In this document: positions 50,476 to 61,900 of the stretch, piece by piece | Layout: each line of letters begins with the position of its first letter | How positions within the stretch are numbered: position 1 is the stretch's first letter | Translations under genes and position numbers: made by a program | The notes under the pieces: generated by a model | Told to the model about the DNA's origin: nothing | What the model saw: the letters and a program-made list of their open reading frames with translations, nothing else | Database searches by the model: none | Source: Microthyrium microscopicum | Lineage: Eukaryota | Direction: 5' to 3' | DNA length: 64,000 nt | Assembly (NCBI GenBank): GCA_010405405.1 | Contig: MU004240.1 | Coordinates: 1,560,814 to 1,624,813, forward strand

Positions 50476-52695
50476 TTATCCATCAACCTCCTGAATTTCA
50501 ACCGGAATGTTAATATCCCAGTCCTGTCCCTCTCCCACAGGCCCAACAATCAACTTATTCTTCCTCGCCACATCCTCCTTCACATGTGTATGTTCACCCG
50601 AAATATGAGCCATCAAACTCTTAACATCTCCAAACGTCCCCGTCTTCCTTCCCAAATCCACACAAAACACACACCCATAGCTATCATTACTCCACTTGCC
50701 GCCCCATTTCTTAACGTGGCTTTTCGCCAAAAACATCCACTTGTAGCGTACGTGCGTTTCCGGATCAACTTGGACTCGCGGATCGAATGCGTATGGTTTT
50801 TTGGAGCCGACACAGACGCCGGAGAAGGAACATTGTTTGCATTGCCAGGTTACGCTGGTTCCGTACATACCCTGAGGAATGCGCGCGATGGAGAAACCCT
50901 TGGTTGGTTCTTCGCGAGTTGTCCATGATCCTTTGCAGAAACCCCAGTAGTTGTTGGATTTCTCTGGGCGGCCGGTGATTTCAGGGGTGGAGGGGCGGGA
51001 GACGATTGATGTGCCGAAGAAGGGGGGATGGAGACTGCCGTTGGAGGTTTGGCCGGATGATCTAGACGATCTGGTTCGTATGCTAAAGGTTGGTTGAAGC
51101 GGCGCTGTCGTTGGGGGTTGGGACATTGGTGATGCTGGAAGTGGTTGTTGCTGAAGAGGAGTGGGGGAGTTGAAGCGTAGACTGGGTGATGGAGGTGGGT
51201 ATGGTATTGGGTTTGTCATTGGGTTTTGTTGGTATTGGATTGCGGGAGAGGGTGGACTTGGCCGATCCGGAGAGTACCAGGCTGTTGATTGAGGTTGGAA
51301 CTGTTGTTGTTGCTGGAACATGTGCTGAGGCATGACTGGTATATTAGCGGGTGGAGATGTTGCCAAAGCAGCTGGGACGAGAGCTGGCGAGCTGTAGGCG
51401 TGATAGGGATACATGTTCTGCTGTTGCATGTTTTGAAAGCCATCTCTGGAGTAAGTAGAAGTCGGAGATGTTGGAGAATAAGGATAAGTGGCTTGCTGGG
51501 GAGATGCTGGAGAGTAGTACTGCTGGGGCATCTGTGGGGGTATCTGTCGATGCATTTGTTGGAACATTGGAGGGTACATTTGCTGCTGAGACATTTGCTG
51601 GCCGAAATCAATAGGGGGAGACTGGTAATGGTTCCCCTGATTGTTTCCCTGGTAGTGCCCTGGCGGAACGAATATCTTATCCGAGAAGTCGCTAGCATCG
51701 GACGCTCTGGAATTGGCCTGATTGTTTATCCAGGCCAAAGAAGCTTCTGATTGTTGATTTCCTTGGTCCACTTTCGGCACTGGCGCATAGCCAGGCAACA
51801 CATGTGAGAATGGCTGAGAAGATCTGTTGCTAAAAGCTGTAGTCGAAGGAGATATTGGGAATTCCTCTTCTTCGATGAGCGTCTGACCTGCGTCGTAGCC
51901 GCTGCGAGTTGTGTCTGATCCAAGACTGCTATGGGGTGACCTCTCAGCATCGGATTTCTTTCCGATTATTGAGAAATGTCTGTTCTTGAACAATCTGCTG
52001 CCAAAACTTGACTTTGTGAGAACTGGTTCTGGCGCTAATTGCAGTGGCACATCTTCTTCTTGAATGTCTTTCACGGCGAACTGGTGGTTGTTCGAGTTGC
52101 CGCTAGAAGTGGAAGGCCGCGAAGATGTGGTCGATTCTCGCAGAGTTGACCTCATTGGAAGAGTGATTGAATCCGGTCTTGTTGATACATACGACGGCAT
52201 CGGCTCGGACCTAGCTCTTAGGCCTTGTATGGTCTTTATGGTATCGCGCTTGTATATGACAACGTCTTCAAGCATGCGATCCATATCCAATACAGCATTG
52301 TCGTAATCCTTTGCAACTTTGAGGCTTCGAAGGACTTCTGATCGCACCAGGCCTGAGATCTCGATCAACTTTTCTTTAGCTTCATCTGTGACAAGATTAG
52401 CTTTGCTATTTACAAGCTGATGAAAGTAGAGTTTTGACATACCATCGCCGGCTCCAAACCACTGTCCCATCTCTTGAGATCCAAGAGTAAATGCTTGCGC
52501 AACTTCCTCTGCGGCTTTTTGAAGCGCATCTCTCACGAGCTTATCCCGTGTTAATATCTCTATAGATTGTTGTCGTTTTTGATGTTTCTCGTGTATCTCT
52601 CTCATGATATTGGCCGAAGAATGGAATGCCGCCACGACAGACGCCGCGGCTGAGCCAACATTCAAGTCCGTCGACAGCATGGTGGTAGTCATCAT
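50476..52695 (-). CDS. Hypothetical protein: helical N-terminus, Q/P-rich middle, Cys/His-rich C-terminal domain; probable in-frame 57-nt intron (52386-52442)
   Basis: 739-codon ORF. GTATGT...GCTAAT...ACAG intron signals. C-terminus WGFCKGSW..WQCKQCSF..FLAKSHVK..YGCVFC..LMAHI..EH. Confidence 0.75.
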   Translation of the reverse strand: MMTTTMLSTDLNVGSAAASVVAAFHSSANIMREIHEKHQKRQQSIEILTRDKLVRDALQKAAEEVAQAFTLGSQEMGQWFGAGDGMSKLYFHQLVNSKANLVTDEAKEKLIEISGLVRSEVLRSLKVAKDYDNAVLDMDRMLEDVVIYKRDTIKTIQGLRARSEPMPSYVSTRPDSITLPMRSTLRESTTSSRPSTSSGNSNNHQFAVKDIQEEDVPLQLAPEPVLTKSSFGSRLFKNRHFSIIGKKSDAERSPHSSLGSDTTRSGYDAGQTLIEEEEFPISPSTTAFSNRSSQPFSHVLPGYAPVPKVDQGNQQSEASLAWINNQANSRASDASDFSDKIFVPPGHYQGNNQGNHYQSPPIDFGQQMSQQQMYPPMFQQMHRQIPPQMPQQYYSPASPQQATYPYSPTSPTSTYSRDGFQNMQQQNMYPYHAYSSPALVPAALATSPPANIPVMPQHMFQQQQQFQPQSTAWYSPDRPSPPSPAIQYQQNPMTNPIPYPPPSPSLRFNSPTPLQQQPLPASPMSQPPTTAPLQPTFSIRTRSSRSSGQTSNGSLHPPFFGTSIVSRPSTPEITGRPEKSNNYWGFCKGSWTTREEPTKGFSIARIPQGMYGTSVTWQCKQCSFSGVCVGSKKPYAFDPRVQVDPETHVRYKWMFLAKSHVKKWGGKWSNDSYGCVFCVDLGRKTGTFGDVKSLMAHISGEHTHVKEDVARKNKLIVGPVGEGQDWDINIPVEIQEVDG

Positions 52696-54058
52696 GCTGA
52701 TGTTCAGTTGTGACCAAAGTTATGGCGAGCTTGAAATGGTTCCGCAAGCAGGATGACCTAGGCAGATGTGACGAAATTGGAAATTCTAATAGTTGGAACA
52801 ATATGATCGAAAGACTAGGGTTTCAAGGACCGAGCGAGCCGCAAACGTGGAATTTGAGCCAGGATAAGCAGTGTTAAACCCGCAATTAGTAGATAATAAA
52901 AAGAGGCAATATAGGAGGACTCGAATCCGCGGGATGGAGTAGTGATCTTCACGCAGCCAAAGGGCTTAGCATACAGAGTAACGCGGGCAGGCAGACATTA
53001 AGCGTGGATATATCAGAGGCAGGAAAAAGCATACCAGCGAACACCTTCTCAAATATTGGCAAAGACCTGGGAGTTCGGGACAAGTTAAACCAGACTCGCG
53101 TGCTGTCTGGGTATGAGCCCCAGCAGCCTTGCATCGCCCGCATCAATGGTTAGATTGAAGGCGGGCACATGCAACAGGCGCGGACCACCACGACAGCGGC
53201 AAAGGGCTCACAGGCTACATTCAACAGTTGTCCATCGGTCCTTTTTCTTGATAGGTCGTTGATCCTGGTTGATGATTGCATACATCCGTACATACTACAT
53301 GGCGACGTCCGTTGATGCTCGGACAATAAAGTCGAATTTGCTTACACAGTGGAACGTTCCTAGACGGCCAGGATTCATCGGTGATTCTTGTGATTTCATC
53401 TCACAGTCAGCTAGGGACCTGGCATGGCTGGACACGCCCATGAACTCGTGGAGCGGTTGAAAAATGCCTGCTTGGGGAACTTGGAACTTGGAAGACAGTT
53501 CACTGTTGAAGAACACAGCCTCCTATCCGCAGTTGCGCTGACACTGGGTTCTGCCTTGAACAACCCGCGTTAGCTGTGCTGCGTGAGCACGAGACAAGTC
53601 CAGATACCCCATGCTCGAGTATCTGAACAAGTAGCGTCTCAACAAAGTGTAGAATAGATGAAAAAAGGGAAAGCATGTTGCTGCATAGGCGGTTTAGAAA
53701 ATGCAAAGTAGAGAGCGATATTAGACTGTGGATGGCGGTGATTATGTATGAACCTCCAAACAGGCTAGCGCTTCCACTATGCGTTTAAATATACGTCGTA
53801 GAATCTAGAAGACAAGAGGATATAAATCAAATATAGAAGATGCACTTAATTTAGCTATATAATATATATCTTAATAATTAAAGTAAGTTAAGATCTTACC
53901 TATTTTTATACTTTTAGACGTAATCTACGCTATTAAGTCTATATAGTACTAAGGACTATAGGTTAATAATCTAGCTATTAACTATCCTATAAATAATAAA
54001 AGTTAAGATATAATCTTAACCTTATATATAAATAAACCTTTTACTAATAAATTTCCTA

Positions 54059-57000
54059 TTACTTAATTTCTTCTTTATTAGTTATAGCAAACTTACTACC
54101 TTTAGTTTCCTTATCCTCTCCTTTAGTACCTTTACTCTCCTCTTTATTATCCTCTAATATATTATTTAGAGATAGTTCCTATTTAAGTTAGATAATTAAT
54201 AATAAGTTATATTCCTCTTTAGGCTATTCTTCTTTATAGAGAATCTTATATATCTTTATATATATTAAACGTAGTATTAAGTAATAAGTACCTATATCTA
54301 GGTCCTTAACTTTATCTTATTATAAAGTAGGTAAAGGCTATAATAGGCTATAAGTAGTTAGCAGCGTAATATTAGAAGATATTACTAGCTCTAAGAATAA
54401 GAAGCCTATTTAATTATATTCTTACTATATTAAATAATATATAAACTAAAGACTATAAAGCTATATATCCTCTTATTAGATTATACTATTATAAACTTAT
54501 TATATAGGTAGATTTTACTACCTAACTTTATTAAGTAGTTATTTAGCTTCTAAATTATTAAGGTGTCTATATTCCTTAAGATTATTATAATTTCTATATT
54601 AATTATTTATTATGACTTTCTTTATAATAAAGTTATTAATTAAAGTAGATATTTTAATTAGTACTTTCTTAGGTATAATATTATTCTCTTAGGGTATTAT
54701 TATTAACTAAGGCGTATTATTTAATAGTTTACTATAATACTTAGTTTCTTTAGGTAGTTTATTAGTATAGAATTTAAATTAATTATTATAGTTACTATTC
54801 TTTTTATTATTATCTATCTAGTTACTACTAGAGTTAATATTTATATAATCTTATAGCTATAGTAAATAATTACTATTATACTACTATTTATTTTTATATT
54901 TACCTATAGGTAGAGTAAATTAAACTAGTAAGTCGTTAAGGAAGTAGTCTAATAGCAAATAATCTAAGTACTTTATTATATAGTCTATAAGTTTATTACG
55001 TTACTATTAAATAGTATTATTTTCTTATAGTAAAGCCTTAACGTACTATTAAACTTACTCATTACGTTTTACTATCTACTTTTAAACTTATTTTAATATT
55101 AAGTTTTAATTAAACTTAGTTATAGCTACCTTATTAGCTATATCTATTAGCTATTTCTAAGTATCTTTAAGATAATCTAGTCCTAAGTCCTAGTATGTAA
55201 CTTTCTTATTTTTAATAATAAATATTATATTTTACTAATACTAAAGTAGATTATTATATATAACGTTAATAAAATTAAAGCCTCCTAGTCTAGGGTAAAT
55301 AAATATATTCTAAACTACCTATCCTAAAGGAGTAGCTATAAATTTACCCTTAGTATTATAGAATAGCTTTATAATCTTTTTATACTAAGTAAAGTATCTA
55401 ATATTATTTAGTAGTACTAGTAATTTACTAATAAAATCTAGATTCTTCTTCTTATATATAAGTTCTTAAGTTACCTTATTACTTATATAGACTTTATAGA
55501 ATTTTAATAATAGTCTAATTAGCTCTAAGCGTCTTATGTATATCTAAAGAGGCCTACTAATTATAATTTAACCTTATTATAAAAAATAGTAATATTCCTA
55601 ATTCTTATAAACTAATTAACCTCTTACTATCTTATAGTTATATTAAAATTAAACTTAAGTTCTTACCTAAGTTAGATACTTAATAAAGATATCTAACTTT
55701 TAAAGGCTTATCTTACCTTTACTTTTCTTTAATATATAGTATTATATAATTATTTTAATAATAGCTACAATTTCTAAGAAAGGCTTTAGTTATAGAGAAT
55801 ATTCTACTATTAGTAGAATTCCTAAGTCTATCTTAAGATATTTAATTTCTAGATTAGGTTTATAAAGCTATATTTATAGAATTTTACTATCTATATAATT
55901 CTATAGCTATTCTTTTAGTATATAGTACTTATTTCTATCCTAATTTAGGCTATATACTATCTTTAATTTTATCTTTTTCTTTAGCTTATTTTTTAGTTAT
56001 TCTTATTATATTTAAGTATCTTTAAAAGCCTACATAATAGTATATATATCTTCTATTAAAAAGTTTAGTAATAAACCTAATCCTACTTCTAAATTAGATA
56101 AGCCTAAAGGAATTAGATTTCTATTAATCTACTCTACTCTCTAATATAATAAAGAGGCTCTACTTTCTATCTCCTTCTATAAGAAAGGTTATATAAAGAA
56201 TAGTAATATTAGATTATTAATCTTAACTAGTAAATTTTAGAATATAATAGTAGTTTCTAGCCTAAGAGTAACCTTATCTTCTTTACTAGTAGCTATTAAG
56301 TTAAATTAGACTTATTTAGCTACTAGTTTAATTAGTAATCTATTTGCCTAAACTTAGGCTTTTTACTTACCTATAGTAATAGAAAATTCTATAATAATTA
56401 TATAAAAATTAGCTATATCTTAATATAATTAAGGTTATTTAATTCTCCTTAAATTTACTACTTTACCTTAGAGTATTAAAACATCTAGCTCTTCTTTATT
56501 CTTCTTATATACTTATACTTATAAAATATATTCTACTTATTAGAAGAAGGAGTTATTATCTTTAAACTCTAAGTTATCTTTTATATTAACCTACTAGTAT
56601 AATAATAAACTATACTAAGCATTAAGCGTCTTAAGTTAGTAATTAAGAGAAATTACGTCTTCTATATAGAGCTAAGTATAATAAGTAGCTTCTTTTATAT
56701 TATTTAAGATATATAGAAACTTATATATATTAGCTTACTACTAATTAAAAATAGTTTTAATATTAGCTTAATCTATATATTTTTATTCTTAGAGTTTAGT
56801 AGAATCTAAATTATATATAACTATATACTTTTATACCTAACCTTAGTAAACTAAAAATATAAATATCCCTTATTAAATAAGAACTCTTAAACGTAGGTTA
56901 AGGCGCTTTTATACCTTATTTAATTTATTTACTAGATCTTAAGTATTCTACTTTTCTTTATCTATTGTCCTAAGAATAGCTAGTCTTTACTAGATCTTTT

Positions 57001-57196
57001 CCTTAAGATAGTCTACTACCTTCTCTAGCTTCTACTTATTATTAAGTTTTATTACCTACTTATTATAATCTAGCTAGTTATATTTTAGAATATTTAATTT
57101 CTTCTCTTACTAAGCTTAATTATCTACGTCTATTTCTCTTACTAACTAATACTCTCCTCTATATTCTCTAATTAAATCTAAGCTAGAGTTAGTTAT
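54059..57196 (-). pseudogene. Putative RIP-destroyed gene of unknown family, possibly spliced
   Basis: Minus-strand segments read as coherent protein when TAA/TAG are treated as mutated Gln/Trp/Arg codons (e.g. KLEKVVDYLKEKI near 57000; acidic tail near 54060-54160). Intron-like GTAAGT...CTAAT...TAG at 56370-56323. Boundaries are approximate. Confidence 0.45.
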
Positions 57197-58279
57197 TAAG
57201 AAATACTTTTTAGTCTATATATATTATACTAAATATAAATAAGTTAAGTTAGCTACCTTTTACGCTTTATATATAGAATTATAGTAATTATTTTATAATT
57301 ATTCATTATTTATATTTAGTTTAATAAATAAGCTCTCTAAGAAGTCTTTTAAGAAATCTTCTAGCTAAAGTACTACGTTAGTTTTTAGTATAAATTATTA
57401 TTACTTAGTAGTATCTACTAAATCCACTATTTTTAATAGTAATACTAAAATCTATTAATATATTTTTATATAGTATCTATCCTTATAATCTTAGAATATC
57501 CTATTATAAAGTATAGTATAAAAGAAATAGAGTAATCTAATTTAGAGAAGTAAAATATACGCTAATAAGTAAATAATTTATTTCTTCCTTAATTAAACAT
57601 TAGTATCTACTTAGAAAAGTTATGCTTAGATTCTTAAATCTTTAAAGCTAAATATTTTATTAACTCTTTACTAGCCTTCTTAAGAGATAATTATAGCTTT
57701 CAAAATTAGAAGCTCTTAATTACGTTTAAATATATAAAAGTAGTAACTTTATCTCCTATAGTAAAAGATTTAAAGCTAGCTCCTAAGTTATTAAATTCCT
57801 AAAGATTTACGTTATTAAGTTAGACTTTTATTTACTTACTAGTATTAATTATATTCTCTTATAAGCATATTATTAAAATCTAGCTTCTTTAATTTAGTAT
57901 ATCTAAATTTCTATTATATAACTCTAAAGGAAAAGCTATTATTAAATAAATAAGGGTATAGGGTATTAAGATTTTATAGCTAAGCTATCTTATAAATAAT
58001 AAAAGTTATTATTAAGTCTCTAAAATAGTATAAAGAGTTAACTTTATTCTCTAAGTTCTATAGAGTCCTATATATATCTTACCTAGTTAAAAATAGTATA
58101 TTTAAAAGTATAGTAACGCCTAAATTAGCTATATAGCTTTTCCTAAGAAAATATATTACTATAGCTCTTCTTAAGAATCTTTACTACTATATTTAGCTAA
58201 ACTATAGATATTAAATAGTATTCTAGCTAATTATAAATCTATTAATATTTATAATATAAAGGTACTATATTTAAACTAA

Positions 58280-58401
58280 TAAGAGCATAGGATTATTTAT
58301 ATACCTCTTAGAATATTATATTTAGAATATCTTTCTCTACTAAGAGCATAGAGATATTTATATACCTCCTAGAATATTATACTTAGAATATCTTCCTCTA
58401 C
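58280..58401. repeat. Two-copy tandem repeat, ~61-bp unit, inside the RIP block
   Basis: taagagcatag...atacctc(t/c)tagaatattata(t/c)ttagaatatctt(t/c)ctctac at 58280-58340 and 58341-58401. Confidence 0.9.
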
Positions 58402-58919
58402 TATAAAAATATAATCTTCTCTACTAAGGTATTATTAAACTAATAGTAGTACTCCTAGTTATTTTAGGTATATCTAGTCTTATAGAAGAATACCTTATCC
58501 TAAGATATATAATATTTCTATATTTCTATAAAGAGTAGCATTATAAAATAAATACTCCTTTATATAATACTTAGTATTATCTTAGCTATCTATCTAGAGA
58601 GCAATATTCTAAATTATATATTATAAAAGAAAAGTATTATATTTTAGTATTTATTATAATATATTTAAACTAATAATAGTAGTTTAACTTCCTATAGTCT
58701 AAAAATTTCTTAATAATCTATTAAAGTAGAAAATAGCCTACTAGCCTTATTATTAAATAGATAAGCATAAGCAATTTACTAGGCTAAGATTTTCTTCTAA
58801 CTAGTTTTCTAGTCTAGTTATTATATAATTTAAATCTCTCTATAGAATAAAAGTAATAGTTTAATAATAGATATATATTTTACTAGTTAACTACTCTTAC
58901 TAGTAACTTACTTATTATA

Positions 58920-61900
58920 GTTCCTACCTAGCCTATACCTTAAGAGCTAAATATATCTAATAGCTTATTATATAAGAATACTAATCCTATTTTATAAACT
59001 TTTTTACTTACCCTATTTAAATCTAGCTTATAATAACGCTAATATTCTAAGTTATTATTCTCCTTATTATTTAGGCTAAATTATTTAGATCTTTATAGCT
59101 ACTCCTATCTTTATTTAAGAACTTCTTTATCTTTAAGCTCTTTAAACTCTAGTAACTACTCTTATTTTAATACGTTCTACTAAATAAGCATATTACTTTA
59201 TAATTCCTTTATCTATTCTTCTAAATCCCCTAAGATCTAAGAAGATTCCCCCTTTTTTAAATAAATCTTTAGATTATCTAAATATTATTATATATCCTTA
59301 TAAATTTAACCTAAGAAGATTCCTTTTATTATAACTATTTAGCTATTATTATTAAAAGACTCTACTATATAGAGCCTAACCTATTATAGCTAAAAGGCTT
59401 AGCTCCTCTATTTATCTAGGTAAACTTCCCTTATAAGTATTAGATCTCCTAGCTTTATATTATTATTACTTACTAAAAAGCTTTTACTAAAGTATTATAT
59501 TACTTTAGTAGAGTAATTTTCTATAGCGTGCTCCTTAATTTTATCTAGCTAAGCTAGCCTTACTATCTAATTTACTTAAGCTATAGCATTAAGCCTTAAT
59601 AAGGTAACTTCCTCTTATAAACTTAGATCTATTACTAATTATCTAAGTTTTTTATTAACTATAAAGTCCTATATTCTTTAAAGTTAAAATTTATATAATA
59701 GCATTTTAGGTATATATCTCTCTACTTTTAATAGTCTACTTACTAATATTTTAAACTACTAGTCTATTATTTTATACTAATATTTTAGCTATTTAGGATA
59801 ATTAAGAATATATTTAACTATCTCTACCTTAACTATATAGACTAGCTTTTTAATAAAACTAATAGAAAAAGGATAATATAATAAACTAAAGAATATCTTT
59901 ACTACGTTAAGCTTAAGCTTATCTATAAACTTTCTATTCTAAAATTAAACACTATTATCTAAGAAAGTAGTTAGTAGATATTTAGCTTATAAAAGAACTT
60001 TCTTATAGAATACTTTCTAGATATAAATACCTTTATATTCTAGTATAGCTCTACTAGTAAAGAATTATATAGCGTAGTCTTAAAAGACTATAATATATCT
60101 ATTCCCCTTTTTTAATATTAAGAAGATTAGACTTAATAAGTTAAAAGAAATATAGTTCTAAGGTTATAGCTATAAAATTAAGGTCAAATTCTTAATATGC
60201 TACTTAGGTCTAAATAGTTAATAAGTAAGATATTCCTAAGTATATTACTAAATATCCTAAATTTATAAAGGCTAATAATATCTTCTAATAATAGACTAAA
60301 AAGTTCTATCTACTACCTAATATCTATATATATTATAAGTTCTTCTAAGTACTATATAAAGCTAATTACTAAGAATATAATAAGCTAGCTCTCTATTTCT
60401 CTTATAATAAGCTAAGTAAAGCTTAGGTTCTTAAATAAGTTAAAAATACTTTACTTAACACGCTAGCTTTTATTAAACTTATTTAAGTATATTCTTACTT
60501 ATTCCTAAAGTTTATTACATTTATCTAGTTAAAAGAAAGAAAACCTTCTCCTTATACTAAGAATCTACTAATTAGTTATCCTAAGACTTAAAATCTTTAT
60601 TTATCTTCTCCTAAAGATCCTTACTTTCTAGTTCTTAAAGATATAAATATTTAAAAAGAGTTCTAAATTTATTAGTAATTATATTAACTTTAAGGGCTTT
60701 ATATATTTTAGTATTATATAAGACTAGATTACTACTAACTTAAAATAATCTATCTATAATAGTAATATCCTTTCTAGAGACATATATAATTTTTAAATTA
60801 TACTTAAGTAGTTATTACTTTTAAGAAGTAGTTTAAGCTATACTAACTATATCTTCCTAAATAATTTAAATAATAGTAAAGTAGTTAATATAAGTTATTA
60901 CTAAAAATTAGGTACTAATAAAGAGCTAACTTAAATATTTTATTACTTTTAATAAGGCTAATACCTCTCTCTCTATAGTTCTATAGTTTCTTTTAATATC
61001 TAAGAATTATACTAAATAGAATAGAACTAAGAAGTATTCTTTAATAAGAACTTTATTTCCTATAACTCCTAGTAGATAGTTAAAAAGCTAGAATAAATAT
61101 TTACTATATTCTATCTTAAATACATTAATACTAAAGTAGTATTATAGATTTAGATCCCTATCTTTTCTAATTCTTATAGTAATTATATCCTTTACTCTCT
61201 AAAATACTTCTTATTACTCTACTTTCTATTTAAAGGCTCTAACTTCCTTATATATTTAATACTTTTATATAACTAAGTCCTAAACTCTTTTTCTAATTAC
61301 TATAATAGCTCTCTTAAGGATCTAAGTTAATTCTAATTACTTAGGAATTCTATTTTATAAAAATAGTAGCATATAATTAAATTACTTAACTTACTCTTAG
61401 TTTATAAGTATAGAATATTCTATAATTACTTTAATTTTAATATTATCTAGTTTAATCCCTTCCTAACCTATTTATATACCTAAGACGTAAATTAAAGAAT
61501 AAGCAAAAGAATATTTATCTAAGTTAAATATAAGCTTTACCTAAGCTATATAAAGAAAGTAATATTTATATAAAAACTTAATTATTATATCTATATTTTC
61601 TATATCTTCTATATTATTATCTATAAAGTTAACTACTATAGCTCTATTACAATAATTTAGAAGTAAGAATTCTAAGCTAGGAGCTAGTATAAGACTAAAT
61701 ATAAAATCTTTTAACTTCTAATAAGTCTTATAAGTATTTATTAGTTCTTATTCTATCTAAGTTTAGGCTATTTAACTATATATTATATTAAAAGCTATTT
61801 TATAAATATTATCTATATAGATACCTACTAACTAGTATCTATTAGCTATATCTATCTTAAAAAATATTTTATAGTTAGGCTTATAGAGCTTATTAAGAAT

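Noticed and set aside
53841..53850. TG / CACT at the RIP boundary as an LTR end or CACTA terminal repeat
   Set aside because: The sequence is TGCACTT, neither a clean TGT nor CACTA/G, and no matching opposite terminus or TSD is visible in the window.
55215..55380. Piwi/Argonaute-like look of KLFY..G...PLG*VV*N.F..P...FNF..V in the RIPed gene
   Set aside because: Spacing to the expected PxHY is off, and no PAZ or other Piwi motifs could be recovered in adjacent sequence. Too weak without a deRIP consensus and HMM search.
61808..61819. YIDN on the minus strand as the RT catalytic YxDD
   Set aside because: It sits between DxANGYW and KTAF, the earlier RT motif. The true catalytic motif is at 61627-61613.
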